Part shown: one piece after another, positions 1 to 7,409 of the stretch
How the letters are laid out: each line of letters opens with the position of its first letter
How positions within the stretch are numbered: the stretch's first letter is position 1
DNA from: a virus
Lineage: Duplodnaviria > Caudoviricetes
Virus record (IMG/VR): IMGVR_UViG_3300037483_000040
Location: 1-45,310 of that record
Strand: one strand, 5' to 3'
Length of the DNA: 45,310 bases
Translations under genes and position numbers: made by a program
Notes under the pieces: generated by a model
Databases searched by the model: none
What the model saw: the letters and a program-made list of their open reading frames with translations, nothing else
What the model was told of the DNA's origin: nothing

Positions 1-147
1 TATATCCCTACAGCTGAGAACATTGCCATCTGGTGCTTCGGACAGATCGCAGTCGAGATCGAGGAGAACTTCCGAGGCAATTTGGTTCTGAGCGAGATCG
101 AAGTTTGGGAAACTCCTACCTCAACTGCAACCTATAGAGGGCTCTGA
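1..147 (+). CDS. queD: 6-carboxy-5,6,7,8-tetrahydropterin synthase QueD, C-terminal part (truncated by window start)
   Basis: Frame 1 reads YIPTAENIAIWCF...EIEVWETPTSTATYRGL*. PTAENIA and V-W-ET are the hallmark C-terminal motifs of QueD/PTPS. It lies next to queE and folE. Not in the ORF track. Confidence 0.9.
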   Translation, partial: YIPTAENIAIWCFGQIAVEIEENFRGNLVLSEIEVWETPTSTATYRGL

Positions 148-335
148 TGGCTAAGAAGCAGGCTCGACAGAAGATCCTTCAGGCTGTCAACCTTTACAAG
201 CTCCGTCGTTGGGCCAATAGCAACTATCAGCCCAGACTCGTTGGCCCTAAGCAGATTCAGCAGGCAGTGTTCATCGCTCGCCAGAACAATCTGGTGAAGT
301 CCGACATCTACATCGCAGCAGGTTTCAATGGCTAA
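147..335 (+). CDS. hypothetical small basic protein
   Basis: ATG overlaps the queD stop (TGATG); packed in the operon. Confidence 0.6.
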   Translation: MAKKQARQKILQAVNLYKLRRWANSNYQPRLVGPKQIQQAVFIARQNNLVKSDIYIAAGFNG

Positions 336-552
336 TCTCTTTCAGTGCGATCGTTGTAAGTCTACTGACAAGGTGTACTATAAGAGCATTCGGGCCTCAG
401 AGCGTTCCAATGTTAAGCCAACTGACATCTACAAGCTCTTTGCGGTTGAGGCCAATCTCACCACGGCGCTGTGGGCGGGCACCATCGGGATCTTATACGA
501 CCTGTGTGAGGATTGTACTGACAAGGTAATGGAGGTTCTGCATAATGCTTAG
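328..552 (+). CDS. small zinc-ribbon protein (CxxC...CxxC)
   Basis: CDRC near the N-terminus and CEDC near the C-terminus; overlaps both neighbours by a few bases. Confidence 0.65.
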   Translation: MANLFQCDRCKSTDKVYYKSIRASERSNVKPTDIYKLFAVEANLTTALWAGTIGILYDLCEDCTDKVMEVLHNA

Positions 553-1261
553 GGTCGTTGAACATTACGTGAGTGTACAAGGCGAAGGCCCTCGTACAGG
601 TACTCTCACACAGTTTGTTCGATTTGCAGGCTGCAACATGCGCTGTCCTGGTTGGCCTTGTGATACGCAACATGCTATCGATCCAAGTATCTGGAGGTTC
701 AAATCTGAGAAGGTATCGGCGGTCGAACTTTCAAATCGCGTCCTAGGTCTAGCACACACCACAGGAGCGAGGAACATCTGTTTGACTGGTGGCGAGCCCT
801 TCACCCAACCTTATAACCTGTTGCACGAGTTCGTTTATCCTCTAGCTCATCCATCGCGTGCAATGAAATTCGAGGTCTTCACTAACGGAAGCTTCCCCTT
901 TCCAGAGTGGACTAGAGATCCTCTGATTAGGATGAGGTTCATTATGGATTGGAAGCTTCCAGGATCTTGGGAGCAGCATACAGCTATCGATGAGAGACAC
1001 AAGAACGCATTGTTCCTCGATGAGAATGATGTAATCAAGTTCGTCATCAATGATGAGAACGACTTTGAGGTCGCAATACATGTTGCAAGGCAGCTAGAGG
1101 GCGATGGCTGTGAGGCTAGCTTTTGGGTTGGTAAGGTTTGGGGAGCTGAAGCAATAACAGATGAGTGGCTAGTTGGGCGAATGAAAGAGGCTAAGCTCAA
1201 CTGGAAACTAAACGTACAGGTTCACAAATTCATCTGGCCTGCAAACAAACAAGGGGTGTAA
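545..1261 (+). CDS. queE: 7-carboxy-7-deazaguanine synthase QueE (radical SAM)
   Basis: SVQGEG, FVRFAGCNMRC..CDT, CLTGGEP, FTNGS and terminal QVHKFIW motifs of QueE; GGAGG SD upstream. Confidence 0.93.
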   Translation: MLRVVEHYVSVQGEGPRTGTLTQFVRFAGCNMRCPGWPCDTQHAIDPSIWRFKSEKVSAVELSNRVLGLAHTTGARNICLTGGEPFTQPYNLLHEFVYPLAHPSRAMKFEVFTNGSFPFPEWTRDPLIRMRFIMDWKLPGSWEQHTAIDERHKNALFLDENDVIKFVINDENDFEVAIHVARQLEGDGCEASFWVGKVWGAEAITDEWLVGRMKEAKLNWKLNVQVHKFIWPANKQGV

Positions 1262-1828
1262 GTGCCAAGCATCTGGAATCTCAATGCCCCTCTTACAAGT
1301 GTCGAAGATGCTCGAGTGATGCTTGAGAACCTTTGGCCTGAGAAGGACTGGGCATCAGAACATCTGAAGGATACACCTAAGCGATTCGCTAGGATGCTCA
1401 AGGAGCTGACAACACCTGAGCCGTTCACCTTCACAACATTCCCTTCAGACTCAGATGAGATGGTCATCTGCAAAGACATCACGTTCAATTCCCTATGTGC
1501 ACATCACCTAGTTCCCTATATGGGCATTGCGCATGTTGCTTATATCCCTAGTGGCTATATCGTTGGCCTCAGTAAGATTCCTAGACTCATTCGATGTACT
1601 GCGTCTGACCTTACTGTACAGGAAGACCTAACGGAACGTATTGCTCGAACCATAGAGGACAACCTCTGTCCTGTGGGTGTTGGGGTTGTCATGGAGGCGG
1701 AGCATATGTGTGCCACGCTTCGAGGTGTGAAGGCTGCAGGTATGAAGACGATCACTAGTTGTATGAGGGGTGCTTTTGCTGATCACAACAAGTTGGCAAG
1801 AGCAGAATTCCTTCAGTTCATCAAGTAG
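1262..1828 (+). CDS. folE: GTP cyclohydrolase I FolE
   Basis: DTPKR, SLCAHH, GLSKIPR, VQE and EAEHMC..RGV motifs. Confidence 0.96.
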   Translation: MPSIWNLNAPLTSVEDARVMLENLWPEKDWASEHLKDTPKRFARMLKELTTPEPFTFTTFPSDSDEMVICKDITFNSLCAHHLVPYMGIAHVAYIPSGYIVGLSKIPRLIRCTASDLTVQEDLTERIARTIEDNLCPVGVGVVMEAEHMCATLRGVKAAGMKTITSCMRGAFADHNKLARAEFLQFIK

Positions 1829-1842
1829 TCTATAGAGACAGC

Positions 1843-1872
1843 TTGAATCGCTCCTAGGAAGAATGGTATAAT
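1843..1872 (+). promoter_or_regulatory. sigma70/SigA-type promoter TTGAAT-N18-TATAAT (extended -10 TG)
   Basis: -35 at 1843-1848 and -10 at 1867-1872, in the gap between folE and the MazG-like gene. Confidence 0.7.
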
Positions 1873-1877
1873 TAATT

Positions 1878-2318
1878 ATGAACGTTGATCCAGATGAGTA
1901 CGTTGTACTGAAGCGTAATGATGTTAGGACTATTTGCCTCTTCAGCATGAATCATGAAGAGGCAGATGGTTGGATGGATGATAACCATATGGGGATGTCT
2001 ACCATTCCTGAGTTCCAGAAGAGTATGTACGAGATGGGTAAGCGTTGGTTCCCCAGGATGTATGCGGATGGTAGTGTCGACTTGAACATGCTAGTATTTG
2101 GTCTTGTCGAGGAGGCTGGTGAAGTCGCAGGAGCAATGAAGAAGTTTCTGCGAGGTTCCCTCACACGTGAACAGTGGCAGGCTAAGATGGCTGAGGAGAC
2201 GGTTGATACCTTCCACTATCTCGCTCTGATCTGGCTAGTGCTTAATATCGATGCTGGCGAAGAGTACGGGCGTAAGACCGAAATCAATGAGGCACGTTTT
2301 GGTCCGAAGGGATCCTAG
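1878..2318 (+). CDS. MazG-like nucleotide pyrophosphohydrolase
   Basis: GLVEEAGEVAGAMKK...EETVD is the ExxE...ExxD all-alpha NTP-PPase signature. The ATG sits just after the -10 box, so the mRNA may be leaderless. Confidence 0.8.
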   Translation: MNVDPDEYVVLKRNDVRTICLFSMNHEEADGWMDDNHMGMSTIPEFQKSMYEMGKRWFPRMYADGSVDLNMLVFGLVEEAGEVAGAMKKFLRGSLTREQWQAKMAEETVDTFHYLALIWLVLNIDAGEEYGRKTEINEARFGPKGS

Positions 2319-3071
2319 ATGGAATTGGCAATCATCTCACCTCCTTCTTGTCTCGAACTTTCCGCCATCCAAGATACCTTTCATATGGTACTCCCCGAAG
2401 GGATGGTTCTCAGCCCAGACTACGTCAGGTTCTATCGTGACAGTCAAGGGTACAAGGTCCTTGACAACGGTCTGGTGGAGGGGAAGCAGTACACAGGGGT
2501 TGAGCTCCATCACTTGGCTGACCAGGTGGGCGCTAACTGCATCGTCATCCCAGATCAATTTCGTAACGCCGATAACACCATTTGGATGGCCCGAGATTTC
2601 GAGCGCCATCGTAATGCGGATCTCGACTACATGGGTGTACTACAGGGTTTGGACCTAGGAGAGTTCCTAAGCGTTCTTAGGTTCTTCGAGAAGCAGGAGT
2701 GGATCACACATATTGGATTACCTAGAATTCTCTGCGAGATACATACGACGCAGAGACTCAGTCTGGTTGATCTGATTAAGAGAGAACAGGAGAAGGGTAA
2801 CTTTAGACCCTTCACCATTCATGCTCTTGGAGGTTCACCTTGGATTGAAGAGGTGATGTTTCTTAATGAGCACGGATGTAACAGTATGGACACCTCTCTC
2901 CCTGTGGTGATGGGTTTGGCAGAGCGGAGCTTGAGTCAGCCTTACATTAGCAGACAGGAAGGGTTCATGTTTGCTGACGTCAGTCGGAAATCGAATAAAT
3001 GGAGGATCCTCGTTGACAACTGTCGAACCTATCTCGAGTGGGCAGGCTATCGGCTCGGGAGTGATTCGTAA
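2319..3071 (+). CDS. DpdA-like / TGT-fold 7-deazaguanine transglycosylase
   Basis: TIM-barrel TGT-like motifs LDNG, VIPD, GVLQG, IHALG and SMDTS occur in the correct order; genomic context with folE/queD/queE. Confidence 0.7.
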   Translation: MELAIISPPSCLELSAIQDTFHMVLPEGMVLSPDYVRFYRDSQGYKVLDNGLVEGKQYTGVELHHLADQVGANCIVIPDQFRNADNTIWMARDFERHRNADLDYMGVLQGLDLGEFLSVLRFFEKQEWITHIGLPRILCEIHTTQRLSLVDLIKREQEKGNFRPFTIHALGGSPWIEEVMFLNEHGCNSMDTSLPVVMGLAERSLSQPYISRQEGFMFADVSRKSNKWRILVDNCRTYLEWAGYRLGSDS

Positions 3072-5373
3072 ACATCCGGAGGCTAAGTGTGAGTCTTGTC
3101 CTCTCTATGCAGACAAAGCCGCCCACTACACACCGGGCTACGGACCACCTAATGCATCCATTGCTATTGTGGGAGAAGCGCCAGGCCATCAAGAGGCTCG
3201 CTATGGTAAACCCTTCGTTGGGCCTAGCGGGAAGCTACTTGATCAGGTACTTGCCCACCATGGCATCGATCGATCACAGACTTACCTGGATAACATCGTC
3301 GCATGTAGGCCGCCCGATAATCGTACTCCAACCCGAGAAGAGATTCAAGCCTGCTGGCCTCGGGCCAAGTATGAGATTAAGAGACGGAACCCTCGCACTG
3401 TTGTGGCTCTCGGCAATACTGCGAGCCAGACTATCACCCGAAGTAGTACAGGAATTACGTTGCTGCGTGTGGGTCCTCCACGAGAGGCTGATACCTTTCC
3501 AGGAGTGCGAGTCATCCCTACAGTCCACCCAGCCTTTTGTCTTAGAAGCTCTGATGCCTTCCCCTTCTTCGTTGCAGACATCGGAAAGATCAACGGGACA
3601 CCAAAGCCATGGACACCACCACAGTGGGCTGCCATTGAGGATCCCGAAGCAGCCATCCTAGCTCTCCAGGAGCTTCAACGTAAGTACACAGAGATTGTAG
3701 TTGACATTGAGTGTAAGATCGAAAAAGATGCAGCCTACGACCATCCTGACCAGTACGCGATGCTTTGTATCGGATTCGCCTATGCGCCTGGTAAAGCGGT
3801 TGTTATCGGAAAAGGCGCTTTGGCAGACGAACACGTACGAGAGCAGCTCAGCACTCTATTCAGAGACAATACAAAGAGGTGGATCGCACATAACAGCAAG
3901 TTTGACACTGCAGCGCTCCATGGCTGGTCGCTTGGTGATAACGTATATTTCGACACGATGCTTGCCAGTTACGTCCTTGACGAAAGACCCGGGACGAATT
4001 CGCTTGGCTATTGCGCGGTGGAAGATCTAGGAGCGCCTGATTGGAAGCACGCTGTAGACCCATACATTGGTAAAGACAAAGACTACAGTCTTATTCCAAG
4101 GAAGATCCTCTATCAGTACAATGCTTATGATTGTGCTAGCACTTTTGATCTAAAGGAGTTCTACACTCCGAAGCTAGAAGCTGAAGGACTTCGGCCTCTA
4201 CATGACTTCTTGACTCGAGCATCAATGGGTCTAAAGTACGCAGAGATGAAAGGTGTCGGAGTTGATATTGATGTCCTTGATGATCTGAGCGAGGAATACA
4301 CAGGAAAGCTGGCAGAGCTCGAGAGCAATCTATCTAGATGGATTGCTAATCCCCGTTCGCCAAAACAAGTGAAGGAAGCGCTACAGGCGCAGAAGATTAA
4401 GGTACCAGATACCACAGAGGACACTCTAACAAGACTGAGGGAGAAAGTTGCACCAGAAGGAGAAACAGACAGATTCCTCGAGCTCCTCCTCCAACACCGA
4501 AAGGCAACAAAGTTCTACGGAACGTACGTTAAGGGAATACGTACACGCCTTCGAAGAGGAATGGTACACACTAGTTTCCTCGTACACGGAACTACTACAG
4601 GTCGCCTGTCGAGCCGTAATCCAAACCTTCAGAACGTTCCTCGCGGACCTCGTATACGTCGGATGTTTATTCCTGCTCCTGGTTATGTATTTGTACAGGC
4701 AGACTATGGGCAGATTGAGCTACGAGTCGCGGCAATCCTTTCAGGGGATCCTTATCTTTGTTCTGTTTTTAGTGATACTAGTCGAGATCTGTTTGATGAG
4801 CTTGGCCTTCAGCTGTATGGTCCCGATGCTCTTGGACCCAATCGTAAGGAACTTCGAATAAGAACTAAGGCATACATTTACGGTGTGGGCTATGGTCGCT
4901 CAGCTTACGATATTGCACGAGAGCATCGCATTACAGAACGGGAAGCTCAGACAGGCATTGATACTTACTTCGGACTCGCTAGCAGACTGAACACATGGCG
5001 TCACGAGTTGATCAATCAGATCCTTGATGACACCTCTCCTGATCTCCAAACTGTCTTCGGTCGTAAGCGTCGCTTCTGGTTAATCACAAGGGACAATCAA
5101 CAGGATGTCATCAAACAAGGACTTGCCTTTATCCCTCAGTCAACGGCTAGCGACATTAACCTCCTTGCCGCAACTCGCCTGCGTCTCGACTATGGGTTGG
5201 ATGTACGGATCCTCGTGCATGACTCTACAATGGTTGAATGCAGAGAGGAAGAAGCAGAAGCTATCTCCCCTCTCATGTGTCGAGTGATGTCAGAGACCGC
5301 TGCAGAGATCATGGGCGACCAGATCCCATTCATTGTCGAGTCCGAGATAGGGAAGAATTGGGGGTTCGTATGA
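3061..5373 (+). CDS. DNA polymerase family A with N-terminal family-4 uracil-DNA glycosylase-like domain and 3'-5' exonuclease
   Basis: UDG4: CxxC, VGEAPG..E, PFVGPSG, CRPPDNR, HPA. Exonuclease: VDIE, HNSKFD, YNAYD. Polymerase: TGRLSS, ADYGQIELR, KAYIYG..YG, VHDS. The start is likely the GTG at 3061 rather than 2971. Confidence 0.95.
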   Translation: MIRKHPEAKCESCPLYADKAAHYTPGYGPPNASIAIVGEAPGHQEARYGKPFVGPSGKLLDQVLAHHGIDRSQTYLDNIVACRPPDNRTPTREEIQACWPRAKYEIKRRNPRTVVALGNTASQTITRSSTGITLLRVGPPREADTFPGVRVIPTVHPAFCLRSSDAFPFFVADIGKINGTPKPWTPPQWAAIEDPEAAILALQELQRKYTEIVVDIECKIEKDAAYDHPDQYAMLCIGFAYAPGKAVVIGKGALADEHVREQLSTLFRDNTKRWIAHNSKFDTAALHGWSLGDNVYFDTMLASYVLDERPGTNSLGYCAVEDLGAPDWKHAVDPYIGKDKDYSLIPRKILYQYNAYDCASTFDLKEFYTPKLEAEGLRPLHDFLTRASMGLKYAEMKGVGVDIDVLDDLSEEYTGKLAELESNLSRWIANPRSPKQVKEALQAQKIKVPDTTEDTLTRLREKVAPEGETDRFLELLLQHRKATKFYGTYVKGIRTRLRRGMVHTSFLVHGTTTGRLSSRNPNLQNVPRGPRIRRMFIPAPGYVFVQADYGQIELRVAAILSGDPYLCSVFSDTSRDLFDELGLQLYGPDALGPNRKELRIRTKAYIYGVGYGRSAYDIAREHRITEREAQTGIDTYFGLASRLNTWRHELINQILDDTSPDLQTVFGRKRRFWLITRDNQQDVIKQGLAFIPQSTASDINLLAATRLRLDYGLDVRILVHDSTMVECREEEAEAISPLMCRVMSETAAEIMGDQIPFIVESEIGKNWGFV

Positions 5374-5636
5374 TCTACATAATTGCAGGTGCATATGCAC
5401 AGGCTGCAGGGCATGCCAGAGCGCGTGATATCAATCCACAGATGTGTACGTTAATAACAGGTATGCAGTCATTGCACCTACTGAATGGTAGAAAGTATAA
5501 CTCCGAAGAGGATAAGATCTGGTTCTGTAGTACGTTCTGGAACTTGCCTACGCGCATCACAAACGACATTCAAGATCGTATGGCAATTATTACCAACAAA
5601 AAATGGGAAGATATAGAAATGGAGGAGGTCTGTTGA
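5370..5636 (+). CDS. hypothetical protein
   Basis: ATG at 5370 overlaps the polymerase stop (ATGA). Confidence 0.6.
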   Translation: MIYIIAGAYAQAAGHARARDINPQMCTLITGMQSLHLLNGRKYNSEEDKIWFCSTFWNLPTRITNDIQDRMAIITNKKWEDIEMEEVC

Positions 5637-5968
5637 GAGGTAGAGCTTCTGCTGTAGGTGAAACGAAAGTATCACCTAACGGTTATCACTATACCCGAAC
5701 GGAAACAGGTTGGGAGCTTACAGGTAGACTGATTGCTGCAAAGAATATTGGGCGCAAGCTTCGTAGGGATGAACAGGTTAGATACTTCGATGGCAACCGA
5801 AATAACCTTAGTCCCGACAATATCACTGTGCGCAAGGTAACAGCAGTAACTCCTGATAAGAGACTAGCACGTCTCGAGGACAAACTACGTGAGATCCAAG
5901 CTCAGATTGATGACTGTAAGGAAGAGATTCGGCAGCGTGATCTAGCTAAAGAGCTTAGCTCTCACTAG
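5633..5968 (+). CDS. degenerate HNH-endonuclease-like protein with C-terminal coiled coil
   Basis: GY...GRLIAAKNIGRKL...VRYFDGNRNNLSPDNI follows the HNH_3 pattern, but the histidines are replaced. GGAGGAGG SD precedes the TTG at 5633. Confidence 0.65.
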   Translation: MRGRASAVGETKVSPNGYHYTRTETGWELTGRLIAAKNIGRKLRRDEQVRYFDGNRNNLSPDNITVRKVTAVTPDKRLARLEDKLREIQAQIDDCKEEIRQRDLAKELSSH

Positions 5969-6077
5969 CTCTTTAGACTCTATTAGACCTATTTAGATAG
6001 CTATTAGACTCAGTTGACATCGTGAGCTAGAGGGTTATCGTTAAACTCGTTGACCTAGAGAGAGACCTCAAGAGAGA
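5954..6077. repeat. copy A of a ~125-bp degenerate inverted repeat (partner at 40434-40560)
   Basis: Shares blocks CTTAGCTCTC, ACCTATTTAGAT, CTATTAGACTC, GGTTATC and AGACCTCAAGAGAGA, in the same order, with the reverse complement of 40434-40560. Confidence 0.85.
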
Positions 6078-6115
6078 CTCCGGGACTATGTCAACACACA
6101 TCCACAGGAGCGTTG

Positions 6116-6601
6116 GTGCGTATCATAAGTTTCGACCCCGGTGGTACTACTGGTGTGGCAATCTACGACGATGAAGATCTTGGGCCAGAGTGTATAGAGT
6201 CGCACTATTGGGAGCGGAAGTCTCTTGGCCCAGATCCACACCATCAAGAGCTCTGGGGGATGCTCGTCTCGGATACTGATGTTACTGATTTGGTGTACGA
6301 GACATTTAACTATCAGCGACGGGAGCTCACTAGGGGTGTATCACTAAGGTTAGACAGTGTCGAGTATATCGGTATCATCAAGTTAGCTATTGAACGATCG
6401 AGTCTCTGGGGTAGACCAGGTCTTAACGTCAGTGCTCAGTCACCTCCAACAAGGATGTTCTGGACTGACGACTTCCTCAGAGCTCTCGGTCTGTGGGTTA
6501 GTAGTCCACATGAACGCGATGCTACCAGACATCTCTTGGCATATGTGACCAATGTATTGAAGGATAACAGATTTGTATATCCTCTGCGCCACCTAACCTG
6601 A
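6116..6601 (+). CDS. RuvC-like Holliday junction resolvase
   Basis: IISFDPGGTTGVA, YETF and HERDA motifs of the RNase H-fold RuvC-like resolvases of actinophages; AGGAG SD. Confidence 0.8.
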   Translation: MRIISFDPGGTTGVAIYDDEDLGPECIESHYWERKSLGPDPHHQELWGMLVSDTDVTDLVYETFNYQRRELTRGVSLRLDSVEYIGIIKLAIERSSLWGRPGLNVSAQSPPTRMFWTDDFLRALGLWVSSPHERDATRHLLAYVTNVLKDNRFVYPLRHLT

Positions 6602-6621
6602 ATAGTCAACTTAGAGCATAA

Positions 6622-6671
6622 AGAAAGCCCGCACCCTCTGGCCATCCCGGATCAGAGAGTACGGGCTTTCT
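6622..6671. terminator. hairpin terminator between convergent replication and late operons
   Basis: AGAAAGCCCG...CGGGCTTTCT stem with an inner CTCTG/CAGAG pairing, lying between convergent genes. Confidence 0.75.
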
Positions 6672-6723
6672 CTTGCCCTATATCAGTCGCACGACCTGTG
6701 AAACTGTATAAGGACTTCTTGGG

Positions 6724-6945
6724 TCAGACAGTCGAAGGACTATTCGTAGGACCGATCGGAGCTGAACCAATGCTCGTGAGCAGGGAGATCAGGAATGCGC
6801 CTGCAGCGATACCAAAGGCTCTAGGAGCATCCATCTGGAAGATGTCATAAACACCGTCAGCGATAGCCCACAGACCGAGTACAGCTTGAGCAGAAGACTT
6901 AACGGCACGATCAAGAGTTGGTCGCCAAAAGGTCTGACTAAACAT
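6724..6945 (-). CDS. holin (r1t-like)
   Basis: FW..TLDRAVKSSAQA...ISLLTSIGS is the r1t holin pattern; ATG at 6945 with a GAGGT SD. Confidence 0.85.
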   Translation of the reverse strand: MFSQTFWRPTLDRAVKSSAQAVLGLWAIADGVYDIFQMDAPRAFGIAAGAFLISLLTSIGSAPIGPTNSPSTV

Positions 6946-6961
6946 TATGACCTCGCAGTAG

Positions 6962-7141
6962 TTATTTTCTGGGCTGAGAATGAAGAAGTAACTGTTGTTG
7001 CAAGTCAGCATTCTGCTGCAAAAGATAAATGCTGGCTCCAACAGACACCAGAGCAACTAATACTGTTACAGCATATGCTGAGATGACTAGGATCATAAAG
7101 GTCTTACGCTGAGCTCTCGAACGATCATCGATCGGATCCAT
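6962..7141 (-). CDS. small single-TM membrane protein of the lysis cassette
   Basis: Hydrophobic stretch FMILVISAYAVTVLVALVSVGASIYLL; lies between lysin and holin. Confidence 0.6.
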   Translation of the reverse strand: MDPIDDRSRAQRKTFMILVISAYAVTVLVALVSVGASIYLLQQNADLQQQLLLHSQPRK

Positions 7142-7388
7142 GGCGAATCTGCCTTTCGAGCTTTCCAACTCGAGTCTCTAGTTCAGTGATCTTCTTGTCT
7201 TTATCAAGGATCATAGTCTCGAGTCGGATGATCTGCCGATCTTTCTCGTCGACAATAGCACGCCACTCAGCTATCTGCTCGCCTTGTTGCCTCTGTACTT
7301 TCAATGACGCTGATGTTAAAATGCCTAGAACTGTAATAATGCTTCCACCCGCACCAGCGCCTAGCAGAGTTACAAGGAGAGAGTCCAT
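7125..7388 (-). CDS. membrane protein with coiled coil (lysis accessory)
   Basis: N-terminal TM segment followed by a heptad-rich coil; directly after the endolysin. Confidence 0.65.
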   Translation of the reverse strand: MDSLLVTLLGAGAGGSIITVLGILTSASLKVQRQQGEQIAEWRAIVDEKDRQIIRLETMILDKDKKITELETRVGKLERQIRHGSDR

Positions 7389-7409
7389 AGCTGTCTTGTC
7401 GAAGACAGC

